From: a virus
UHGV virus genome: UHGV-0101699
Length of the DNA stretch: 64,000 nucleotides
Reading direction: 5' to 3' (one strand)
Of this stretch, positions 7,576-15,798 are shown piece after piece. Within the stretch, counting starts at the first letter, position 1. Each line of letters opens with the position of its first letter. The notes below the pieces were generated by a model. It did not search any database, was not told the DNA's origin, and saw only the letters and a list, made by a program, of their open reading frames with translations. A program made the position numbers and the translations under genes.

Positions 7576-9921
7576 TTACTCGATGGTTTCTGTAGTGCCA
7601 GAAGACAGGTCTTTAGCTCGACGTTCGTCGATGGCCTGTAGCGCCGCAATGATCTCAGGAAGGGGCTTATCACGATACATGTCGACTATCTGCGATTTGG
7701 TGTACTTCTTGTCGCCAATCTCTACGCGGCCGCTGGCATTCTTTGGCAGGTATCCTTCTTCGAGCATGTGCTCAACCAGTGACTCGATAACGTCCAGACC
7801 GCGGGTCGGGTCGAAGTAGAATTTCCATGAGCATTTGCCGAATGGCGGTGCCACTTTGTTTTTGATGCACTCGGCGCCAACGTCCTGACCGATCTTATCT
7901 TTGCCATCCTTCATGACAGAAGCGCCAAGACGAATACGTACTGAGGCGTAGAACTTCGGAGAATCACCACCAGGGGAGGTGGTCGGATCGCCAAACATCA
8001 CGCCGATTTTTGTACGAACCTGGTTAAGGAAAATAATGCAGGCATTGTACTTGCGCGCCCATAGCGCCAGCGTTGGAAAGTTGGCGCTCGTGGCGCGAGC
8101 CAGGGCCGTATTATCGTTCATGTTTAGCTGATCTTTATCCTTCGCTGTACCTTCCGCCATTTTGTCGAACTTCTCGGCTTTGGAGTTTGGCACCATTGAC
8201 GCAAGGGAGTCGGCTACGATGCAAATAGGGGCGTCTGCGGGGATCAGCTCTTCGTCTCGCACCAGTTTCAGGATGGTGCCGATCAGCTCAACCGATTCTT
8301 CGAATGTGTCCGGCTGCTTATAGACCCACTGGCCGTCATCCTCATCCGCATTCAGCCCGTTTGCCACCGCCAGACCAACGTCAAAGCTGTTTTCGTGGTC
8401 GAGGAATACAGCCAGACCCTCCTGTTTCTGAGCGGAGACCATGGCGGCCGTCGCCAGGAATGTGTTGTGGCTGATAATCCCGTTAGACCAGAAAGAGTGT
8501 GTTTCCGGCATCGCTACGTCGAACGTTGGTGCTTCACCTTCCTCAATAGCCACGACTTCGTCGTAGAACAAGTTAGAGTCAATTACCGCTGCCAGTTGTG
8601 CAAACAGATGCTCGTTAAAACGATTCTTTCTGCCAATGAAGGAGACATAGATTTCTCGCAGTTTGTCTATTCCGACACGATCGCCGCGGCCAATAACGTG
8701 ATCTACCAGAACGTAGTCTTTACGAGAGGTCTTGGTGAGTGACTCGTAGAGTGATTTCACTAAGCCGCTGATGTGCGGAACGTAGCCTAAATAAGTGCGG
8801 TCAAAACTAATGTCCCGTTTGGTTGCCACTGCTAAACGAGCCGGAGACTCGAACCCAATCGTTGACAGGAAAAGGTCGTAGTTAGAGCCACTGAATGACA
8901 GCCGGTAATATATGTTTTTATAACCTGCGACGTGTTTTTCAGAGATAGTTGACGTAATCCCCAGATTCAGGAGCATGAGGCGAATTTGCTGTAGCAGCAG
9001 CCCACTCGCGCTCACAACCTCAATGCAGCGACCATCATTGACGTGGCATTCCAGCTCAAAGTAGCCGCGAAGGAATGCAATTTGAGCCTCGCTATTGGCG
9101 CGACGCACACTCAACGGAACCTGCTTGCCAGCAGCTTTCTCATACTCCAGACCATATTCTTTAAAAAGCAGCGAACGCACCTCTTTGCTAAACAGCACAT
9201 GGTCTTCCGAGCCGTTATGTTTTCTCGTAACTGGCATCTTGTCTGATACCAGCGAAATGAGGCGGTAGTACTCATCCTTGATGAATGGATCTGTGTTAGA
9301 AAAATGCACAGAATTTTCAGAGGCCACGTATCCGTCAGCAATTAAATAGCCCATCAGTTTTGCGATATTGGCATCCAAGTGCTGATCGCCGAATTGATGT
9401 GTGCCAACCATTGAAGGAATCGTGTCGCCTACACTGATTTTTTCAGCATACCGCCAGACGATATTGCCTAAGTCGTCAACCACACGAATTGGGTGACGGA
9501 ACGTAGCCTCGATGTAACCCCCTGATGCCAGCTTAATGCGCTTGAATTTGCGACGGTTGTTCCATGTCAGGTGTGAGGTCTTCTCTATCACGCCATTTTC
9601 ATTGATGAGTCCAACGTTATGCTCTACATCGCGAGTAGTGCATGTTGCTTTGTGCCCCTCAATCTCAAACAGTTCTTTCACTGTTACCATTCCACGCTCC
9701 GTCAGCAGCATGGTGTCTGCGGTAACACATTTCCCCGCACTTGGCGGCCCAAAGATCTCAACGATACGTCCGCTTGGGAAACCGCCGTCATAGCGCCCGG
9801 AGATGGCTTTATTCAGCGGAGGGAAGCCGGAATCAATCCAGTGTGAAACCTTTTGGATCTCGTCATTGCTGCCGATTTTCTTTTTTAATGCCATTGCCAG
9901 TGCTGATTTTCCTTTTGCCAT
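7576..9921 (-). CDS. recA: RecA-family recombinase interrupted by a 422-aa intein at the P-loop
   Basis: Exteins align along their full length with E. coli RecA (GRIVEIFGPPSAGK|TFLA; IFLNQVRTKIGVMFGDPTTSPGGDSPKFYASVRIRLG; KNKVAPPF). The intein lies between GK and T. Confidence 0.85.
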   Translation of the reverse strand: MAKGKSALAMALKKKIGSNDEIQKVSHWIDSGFPPLNKAISGRYDGGFPSGRIVEIFGPPSAGKCVTADTMLLTERGMVTVKELFEIEGHKATCTTRDVEHNVGLINENGVIEKTSHLTWNNRRKFKRIKLASGGYIEATFRHPIRVVDDLGNIVWRYAEKISVGDTIPSMVGTHQFGDQHLDANIAKLMGYLIADGYVASENSVHFSNTDPFIKDEYYRLISLVSDKMPVTRKHNGSEDHVLFSKEVRSLLFKEYGLEYEKAAGKQVPLSVRRANSEAQIAFLRGYFELECHVNDGRCIEVVSASGLLLQQIRLMLLNLGITSTISEKHVAGYKNIYYRLSFSGSNYDLFLSTIGFESPARLAVATKRDISFDRTYLGYVPHISGLVKSLYESLTKTSRKDYVLVDHVIGRGDRVGIDKLREIYVSFIGRKNRFNEHLFAQLAAVIDSNLFYDEVVAIEEGEAPTFDVAMPETHSFWSNGIISHNTFLATAAMVSAQKQEGLAVFLDHENSFDVGLAVANGLNADEDDGQWVYKQPDTFEESVELIGTILKLVRDEELIPADAPICIVADSLASMVPNSKAEKFDKMAEGTAKDKDQLNMNDNTALARATSANFPTLALWARKYNACIIFLNQVRTKIGVMFGDPTTSPGGDSPKFYASVRIRLGASVMKDGKDKIGQDVGAECIKNKVAPPFGKCSWKFYFDPTRGLDVIESLVEHMLEEGYLPKNASGRVEIGDKKYTKSQIVDMYRDKPLPEIIAALQAIDERRAKDLSSGTTETIE
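8464..9729 (-). mobile_element. LAGLIDADG-type intein (homing endonuclease domain) inserted in recA Walker A
   Basis: It begins with Cys (GK|CVTADTML) and ends with ...IISHN|T. Two LAGLIDADG motifs are present (KLMGYLIADGYV, IAFLRGYFELECHV). The codon boundaries were checked against the nucleotide sequence. Confidence 0.8.
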
Positions 9922-9923
9922 TC

Positions 9924-10190
9924 TTAGGCTCCTTTTGTCTCGTTGATGCGTTTGGAAGCGGCGGCTTCATCAAACTTTATTGCGTCGTGGTTGAGGTGTT
10001 TGGCCATGCGGGAGAGGATCTTGACGACCTGTTCGCTAATCAGCCCGTACTCTCGTTCTGTCACGCTCATGCCGGCCGCGCCGAGAATGCGCGGTAGTGC
10101 AACAACGGCATGTTCTCCATGGAAGAAGACAATCTCCTTAGCCAGCATCGTAGGCGTGGTCGTATTGCCGTTGATGAGTGATTTCAACAT
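9924..10190 (-). CDS. hypothetical protein (88 aa)
   Basis: Packed between recA and the exonuclease gene. Confidence 0.45.
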   Translation of the reverse strand: MLKSLINGNTTTPTMLAKEIVFFHGEHAVVALPRILGAAGMSVTEREYGLISEQVVKILSRMAKHLNHDAIKFDEAAASKRINETKGA

Positions 10191-11134
10191 CAGCAGTACC
10201 TCTCAAAAGGCAAAACGAACACATCCAGATCTTCCAGGAATGACCGGAAGTTCAGCTCATGGCAGAGCAGTTCGAAGGCTTTCAAATCACGTGCGCCTTT
10301 TATCTTTTCAATTTCGCTGGGTGGGAACTTGGTATCGATGAGGTTCATCAGCGTCATGTTGCGTTTGAAGGCTTCCAGCATCCGGCAGCCGGTCTTCTCG
10401 TTGAAGGCATTTTTGGCCAGTTTGTTGAATGCCGTTTTGTATCGGCCTTTATTGATGACGATCGAGCCGTCGTTAATGCCGCGCACCATAGCGGCGACGC
10501 TTCCCCATTCGTGCAGCAGCTCCTTGGCGCCACCGTCACCAATCCCGCCTACACCTTTGATGTTGTCGGAGGTATCCCCCTGCAGAGCTTTGGCTTCGAG
10601 GAAAGCACGAGGAGTAGGCAGACCGATCAGCTCTGGGAACTGCTCAAAGTTCACCTGCTTGTGTTTGGCGTCTTCACGAAGGCTCACCCAGCTGACTTTT
10701 TCTCGAACCAGCTGCAGCCAGTCGCCGTCGCCGGTGAGCAGGTAGATATGATCGACCGTTGGTTGTGGCGCAAGACGACCAACCAGCATCCCCGCCAGGT
10801 CATCGGCCTCGGCGTCTTTGGCGATCAGCTGGTTGACGCCAAGGGCGGCCATCATTTTCAGGATATAAGGCTTCTGGACTGCAAAGCCTTCTTTCATCTT
10901 CTTCATTTCCGGATCTTCATCGCGATTTGCTTTGTATTCCGGGTAATAGTCGCGACGCTTGTCGCTAAAGCCGTCCCACAGGATCATGGGGCGAGCGTGA
11001 AGAATGGACGCATAGCGACGAACGTTTTTGACGAAGCCAAACACCGCCTGAACTTCCATTTCGCCGTTATGTAATTTGTCAGATTGCTGGTGGTAATAGC
11101 CCAGGCTGTTACCGTCCACAAAGAGATAATTCAC
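10190..11134 (-). CDS. 5'-3' exonuclease / flap endonuclease (FEN, PolI 5' nuclease family)
   Basis: Start reassigned to the GTG at 11134, preceded by GGAAGGAG. The N-terminus MNYLFVDGNSLGYYHQ and the H3TH motif IKGVGGIGDGGAKELL are typical. The track start at 11185 would place the terminator hairpin inside the coding sequence. Confidence 0.85.
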   Translation of the reverse strand: MNYLFVDGNSLGYYHQQSDKLHNGEMEVQAVFGFVKNVRRYASILHARPMILWDGFSDKRRDYYPEYKANRDEDPEMKKMKEGFAVQKPYILKMMAALGVNQLIAKDAEADDLAGMLVGRLAPQPTVDHIYLLTGDGDWLQLVREKVSWVSLREDAKHKQVNFEQFPELIGLPTPRAFLEAKALQGDTSDNIKGVGGIGDGGAKELLHEWGSVAAMVRGINDGSIVINKGRYKTAFNKLAKNAFNEKTGCRMLEAFKRNMTLMNLIDTKFPPSEIEKIKGARDLKAFELLCHELNFRSFLEDLDVFVLPFERYC

Positions 11135-11157
11135 CGGAAAACTCCTTCCAAAAAGTA

Positions 11158-11175
11158 AGGCGTCCGTAGACGCCT
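11158..11175 (-). terminator. terminator hairpin AGGCGTC-cgta-GACGCCT
   Basis: Variant of the same stem family. Followed by TTACTTTTTGG on the minus strand. Lies downstream of the SSB gene. Confidence 0.65.
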
Positions 11176-11194
11176 TAACAGTCATGGCCTGTGA

Positions 11195-12253
11195 TTAAAG
11201 CGATTCTAATTCCGCCAGCAGATCGTCAAGACCCTCATCGTCATTAGAAGTGCTGGTCGCGGCTGCAGTGGTAGTGGCGGCAGCAGCTGATGCTTTAACT
11301 TCTTCCGGCTCTGGTACGAACTCAGCTTCTGCGGCACGTAAGATCTCTTCGTCTACCAGAGATGTTTTTGCTGGTTCCGGGGTAGAGGTCGTGGCTACAG
11401 CGGCTGCACCTTCCGTATGGCCAGTGATGGTGCCAAAACCAGGCAGAGTAGCTGCGCTGGCAGCAGCTGGTGAGGAAATAGCAGCGGTGGCGGCGGCAGG
11501 TGCAGCAATACCAATGAGACGCCCCATGGTGCGAACGGTGGACAGCAGACGAGTTTCATCAGCCTGATTGGCGTAAGCGATCAGGTCATGCTGGGTCGAC
11601 CACAGTTTTTCAGGGATATCGCCCTTGTAGACTTTACGTTTTGGGGATACGTCGTACTTGGTATCGCGACCGGAGCCGGTGCGTTTGATCAGGAACGCAT
11701 AGCCTTCTTCTTTGCTTAACGGGTTGCCGATATCATCTGCGATATCCTCAGACATCACTTTGCAGATATCGTCGAACACAGTGGACGGGAGCTCAATCAG
11801 CTGACATTTTTCTGCGTCGCCAAAGTCTTCACGAGCTGAAAGTACGCCATTGACCAGGTAGCGTGGAGTAGCGCGCATTTGACCGATACGCTCTTCCATT
11901 GCCTTGTTGCCTTTGTAGCGAGCGCGACCTTCCATCACCATCTCACACAGCTGGCACGCACGATTGTGGGTGTGCTGTTCGCAGATATAGGCAGTGGTAA
12001 CTTCTTTGCCCTCCTCATTCTGATGCTTAACGTAGTGCATACCGAAAGTCTGGAAGAACACACCGTTCTGATCCTCCTTGTTGGGGAAGATGCGCAGATA
12101 GTTATTACCGTCTTTCAGACGGGTTAGGTCGACGTTGTTGCCTCGTTTGGAAGCAATATCGCCGCGGGTCTTGTTAAGCAGATCAAGTAATGACTTAGAC
12201 ATGTATTTCTCCTTGTTGTGATTATGGCCATGGGCGCTTTTCGCTTGGGGCAT
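11195..12253 (-). CDS. ssDNA-binding protein, T4 gp32-like
   Basis: LRIFPNKEDQNGVFF matches T4 gp32 IRFLPSKNDEQAPFA. A His/Cys cluster (CEQHTH...CQLC) matches the gp32 zinc site. There is an Ala/Thr-rich linker and an acidic C-tail DDEGLDDLLAELESL. Confidence 0.65.
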   Translation of the reverse strand: MPQAKSAHGHNHNKEKYMSKSLLDLLNKTRGDIASKRGNNVDLTRLKDGNNYLRIFPNKEDQNGVFFQTFGMHYVKHQNEEGKEVTTAYICEQHTHNRACQLCEMVMEGRARYKGNKAMEERIGQMRATPRYLVNGVLSAREDFGDAEKCQLIELPSTVFDDICKVMSEDIADDIGNPLSKEEGYAFLIKRTGSGRDTKYDVSPKRKVYKGDIPEKLWSTQHDLIAYANQADETRLLSTVRTMGRLIGIAAPAAATAAISSPAAASAATLPGFGTITGHTEGAAAVATTSTPEPAKTSLVDEEILRAAEAEFVPEPEEVKASAAAATTTAAATSTSNDDEGLDDLLAELESL

Positions 12254-12290
12254 TCGCTTGTTCGTGGCTCTTAAAAGCGTACATAATAAT

Positions 12291-12314
12291 AGATCAGTAC
12301 TTACTTACTATCTA
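12291..12314 (-). promoter_or_regulatory. copy of dispersed box (AGATCAGTACTTACTTACTATCTA) upstream of SSB gene
   Basis: On the coding strand the box is followed directly by TATTAT. Confidence 0.5.
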
Positions 12315-12321
12315 TCAAAAA

Positions 12322-12753
12322 TTATCGGGTGGGTGTGAAGCGTTCGGCACCCAGTCGTTCAATCTCTACGATGGCCATTTTCGAGGCCTGCACGATCATG
12401 TCTCTACGGTGAGAGAAGGCGGTGACAGCGTGCTTATAGATGTCAGCGATCAGACGTGCGTCATCCAGTTTTTGGCGCTTCGCAAGGTATTGTGGGCTTG
12501 TGCGAACCTTAGCTTCCAGTACTGATTCATTGAACTTTATTCCGTTCATACTCAAGTTCTTACGTTCAATGTCGTAAATTTTTGCCTCTATGGCATCGAG
12601 GGATAGTTTAGCATCTGCAACCTCTCGTTCCGCGCGCGCTAGTCTTGCGCCGTACTCCATCAACAGCCTCGGTTGCTGCCGCCAAACCTCTTCCAGATTG
12701 TCGCGATCGAACTCCAGATCGGTCATGATTTTTTCGTAAATTTCGGTGCTCAT
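12322..12753 (-). CDS. hypothetical protein (143 aa)
   Basis: ORF adjacent to the SSB gene. No motif recognised. Confidence 0.5.
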   Translation of the reverse strand: MSTEIYEKIMTDLEFDRDNLEEVWRQQPRLLMEYGARLARAEREVADAKLSLDAIEAKIYDIERKNLSMNGIKFNESVLEAKVRTSPQYLAKRQKLDDARLIADIYKHAVTAFSHRRDMIVQASKMAIVEIERLGAERFTPTR

Positions 12754-13102
12754 TTTGTTATGTATCCGCTTACTAATTTATATCAATAGTACCATGAAGA
12801 AATCAGCTGGTGGAGCATGTGTCGTGAAGATGAGAGGGGGTAGGTTGGGTAGAGACGTTTATGTGGCGACGCTGTGAAAAGGAAAATAAATGTTGCACAA
12901 ACAGAAAGGCCATGCGTTAATGATTGCGTCGGTTTGCAAGACAGACCTTATGAAAGCAGTTTTAGTAAAGCAGTCCGAAGTTCAGGTGTTATCCAAAGAT
13001 TACCCTTCTCCGTGAGTCTCCTCCTAAGTGCCCAAGTAAGTACCAATCTCTCAGACCAATTTCGCCGCGTTGTGTGGCTCTCAAATAATGAAGGTAATCT
13101 CT

Positions 13103-13318
13103 ATGTCTAACAAAATGACTGGTTTAGTAAAATGGTTTAACGCTGATAAAGGCTTCGGTTTTATTACCCCAGCAGACGGCAGCAAAGACGTGTTCGTACA
13201 TTTCTCTGCCATCCAGAGCAACAACTTCCGTACCCTGGAAGAAGGCCAAAAAGTTGAGTTCTCTATTGAGAACGGTGCTAAAGGCCCTGCTGCTTCAAAC
13301 GTAGTTACGTTGAGCTAA
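13103..13318 (+). CDS. cspA: cold-shock protein CspA family
   Basis: [64 protein letters not shown] is near-identical in pattern to E. coli CspA. A long untranslated leader precedes it. Confidence 0.9.
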   Translation: MSNKMTGLVKWFNADKGFGFITPADGSKDVFVHFSAIQSNNFRTLEEGQKVEFSIENGAKGPAASNVVTLS

Positions 13319-13446
13319 TTTCATTTCGGTAATCTATCCGCTGCGATAACGATGACGGCCTGAGCCTGAGTAGTCAGTTTGGAAGGATTATTGGAAGGAG
13401 TTAAAGGTCGTTAGATCTGGACGGCTTCTCTACTAACTCCATGAGA

Positions 13447-13475
13447 AAACCCGCCATATGGCGGGGTTCTTTATG
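13447..13475 (+). terminator. rho-independent terminator (CCCGCCATATGGCGGG + T-run) after cspA
   Basis: Perfect palindromic GC stem followed by TTCTTTAT. Confidence 0.75.
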
Positions 13476-13896
13476 CTACTTTTCTACCGAAAATGTTTGA
13501 TAGAGTGACTCTGGTCTGCCTCTTAAGCCGGTATCTTCTGACGTCGCCTATCTTGCTCACCTCCATGAACTCCTTGGCCACCTTCAGGACAAGACGGGCA
13601 CGGAACGCTTTAAATGAAGCCAGCTCTTCTTCTGGTTTGTCAGATTCATAAATCTCCAGAAGATATTGGCACGCCTTTGGATCTTGCGTTTTTAAAGCCA
13701 GCGCACGCGCGCATTTCCGTAATCGACAAATAGGGTCGGCGCCATCCTGCTTTGCAAACGCCAATGCCAGATCGAGCGTGACAGGGCAGTCAATGATTTC
13801 CCAGAACTGGGATCGCAGAGTGGCTTCAATCGCCTTCTCCTGAAACTCCTGTGGTATTGCTGTGAGCTCTTGAGCAATTTTATCCGCTGCGCTCAT
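13471..13896 (-). CDS. hypothetical protein (start at second ATG, MSAADKIAQ...)
   Basis: The second ATG carries the conserved AAAGGAAAACAC-ATG context. Its start overlaps the dnaE C-part stop. Confidence 0.5.
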   Translation of the reverse strand: MSAADKIAQELTAIPQEFQEKAIEATLRSQFWEIIDCPVTLDLALAFAKQDGADPICRLRKCARALALKTQDPKACQYLLEIYESDKPEEELASFKAFRARLVLKVAKEFMEVSKIGDVRRYRLKRQTRVTLSNIFGRKVA

Positions 13897-13910
13897 GTGT
13901 TTTCCTTTAC

Positions 13911-15080
13911 TCATTTGTTAATAGTCTCCGCAACCTCTGCCAGAATGGCTTCCAGCTTTTCTCCTTCCTCTGGACGGAAGTACAAAATATTCGGGTTAAA
14001 TCCATAGAACACGGTCACGTCCAGGTCTGGCAGATATTCTTTGCGCCCAACAAGATCGGATGGCTTGCTCTTGTTATTAAACAGCGATGTCGCCCGGCTG
14101 CCGCACGTCAGCACGTAAGTTGGACGAACCAGATTTATCTCTTCCCGCATAAAGTCGATAAACTGGCCGATCTCATCTTTGGTGTAGTCTTTTTCCTTAT
14201 CCTTTACCTTTTTACACACGCCTGTGACATACAAATCACCCATACGCAGGTCACCAGAAACCAGCAACTTGGCTTTGAAGTCATCGTAGCCGTTCTCCAT
14301 GAAGTAGCCGGTACGTGCATCATTGCCATTGGCGTTGTCGAGTATGACCATAATTTTTGGCTTAATGCCGATGCTTGGTCGTATCAACTCATCGCCCAGA
14401 CCCATTTCTGCGGCCATGCGAGTCATCAGCACATTGACCTCTGCAGAGCGTTTTGGGTTCATTTCAAATGGGCGTGAAGCTTTCACCGCATCGATCACCA
14501 GATTGCCCATCAGCTCTGCCTGATCGCGCAGACGTTCCGGATCGGTCGCCGGCATACTGCCAGGTTCAATAGAGGCGAATGCACCAACCTTTTGTAGAGA
14601 CTCACGTACTCGGCTGTTACAGGCTCGCTTCTCGACCGCTTCCTCAAATTGCTCAAGTGACTCGAATTTGCCGCCAACTTTCTCACGCGCTCTCATGATG
14701 GCCTGGCAACCATTCTCAGAGCAGCCTTTCACAGCAGAGAATGGCGCATACAGAACCTGGCTGCCGTCTTCCAGCGTGCGGATCTCAATTCGGTTAGATG
14801 ACACGTTAACGTCTGGTGGCAATACGCGAATGCCATAGGTCAGCGCATCCTTAACCAGCCCCTGGTGCTTATCCTCGCCCAGAATGGTGAGAGCAGCAGC
14901 GAAGAACTCAGCAGGGTAATGTGTCTTTAACCACATAGACTGATAGCTGATCAGCGAGTAGGCAACGGAGTGTGATTTGTTGAAGGCATATCCACCGAAC
15001 TTCTCAAAGGCGTCCCATACTTCTTGGGCTTTCTCAGGGCTAAGACCTTCCTGCTCGGAAATAACTTTGGCAATTTTCAT
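13911..15080 (-). CDS. dnaE: DNA polymerase III alpha (DnaE-type), C-terminal part (fingers tip, beta-binding, OB, C-terminus)
   Basis: GYAFNKSHSVAYSLISYQSMWLKTHYPAEFFAA is the hallmark DnaE segment. Alignment with E. coli DnaE places the split between KNG and INAE. Confidence 0.8.
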   Translation of the reverse strand: MKIAKVISEQEGLSPEKAQEVWDAFEKFGGYAFNKSHSVAYSLISYQSMWLKTHYPAEFFAAALTILGEDKHQGLVKDALTYGIRVLPPDVNVSSNRIEIRTLEDGSQVLYAPFSAVKGCSENGCQAIMRAREKVGGKFESLEQFEEAVEKRACNSRVRESLQKVGAFASIEPGSMPATDPERLRDQAELMGNLVIDAVKASRPFEMNPKRSAEVNVLMTRMAAEMGLGDELIRPSIGIKPKIMVILDNANGNDARTGYFMENGYDDFKAKLLVSGDLRMGDLYVTGVCKKVKDKEKDYTKDEIGQFIDFMREEINLVRPTYVLTCGSRATSLFNNKSKPSDLVGRKEYLPDLDVTVFYGFNPNILYFRPEEGEKLEAILAEVAETINK

Positions 15081-15796
15081 GTGTTTTTCCCGTCATTAGC
15101 TTCAAACGCTAGCTTTTTTAAGATATTTGCGATTTGAGTGTTAGAGATGCCGAATTTTTCTCGCAACTTTTCATAGGTTGCGCCAGCCTTGCGCAAGGCG
15201 ACCACCTCAGCTCTTGCTTCAGCATCCAGTTTTTTGGATGCTCTTGAGACAACGATCGGCCCACCAACTCGTGCCCATTTCTTCCCGGTGACGATATGGT
15301 GAATGTAAAGCTCAGTTAAACCATATTCGGCCGCGAGGTCTTTGTTCAGAGCGCCTTCTGACTTTTTAATGCGAATAGCAATGACGACTTCGTTGGTTAG
15401 CTTGGCGTTGTAGCGCCTCTCACCAAACTCAACGGTATCGTGTGCAATGGCGTCAGCCATGTTGTCGACTTGAGTGCCATACGCGAGATTGGAGGGCGCA
15501 TTGTTTGATGGTCTTCCGTCAAGATGACGAATAAGTAAGCCTTCTGGTCGTTCTCCGTGGAATGCAGTTGCTACCAGATAATGGACTGTGCGGTCGCATT
15601 TGACGCCGTTGACGCTTAGTTTCACGCCCAGATGTCCAAAATCATTGATTACGCGAGGTTTGAGGATTTGCCCCTTCTTCACCCATTCGCCCCCATTGGG
15701 GGCTGTTCGTATAACATCTAAAGAGCGAATGCGACCTAAACTGGATGCTTCGTAATAACCTTCAAACTCAGGAATGGATTTCCAAATTTCTTCCAC
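15077..15796 (-). mobile_element. free-standing HNH homing endonuclease gene inserted within dnaE (NUMOD4 + HNH_3 type)
   Basis: EEIWKSIPEFEGYYEASSLGRIRS (NUMOD4-like) and HYLVATAFHGERPEGLLIRHLDGRPSNN (HNH). It sits exactly between the two dnaE parts with ATGA/TGA overlaps. The probable start is a GTG with a GGAG SD. Confidence 0.8.
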
Positions 15797-15798
15797 CG

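Noticed and set aside
10259-11074. 271-aa + strand ORF
   Set aside because: Antisense to the well-supported 5'-3' exonuclease gene. No start context.
12874-13110. 78-aa + strand ORF upstream of cspA; 27533..27898 and 27937..28200 + ORFs
   Set aside because: They overlap the cspA leader or the tRNA/hairpin region on the wrong strand, have odd composition and lack an SD. Most likely non-coding.
13911-14500. Apparent UDG-family-4-like motif (IMVILDNANGNDARTGYFMENGYDDFKAKLL) in the dnaE C-part
   Set aside because: Total length of N-part plus C-part (~1176 aa) matches canonical DnaE. A QAELM segment matches the internal beta-clamp motif region. The resemblance is short and the catalytic residues are not conserved. 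Probably a chance match within the normal DnaE C-terminal domains.
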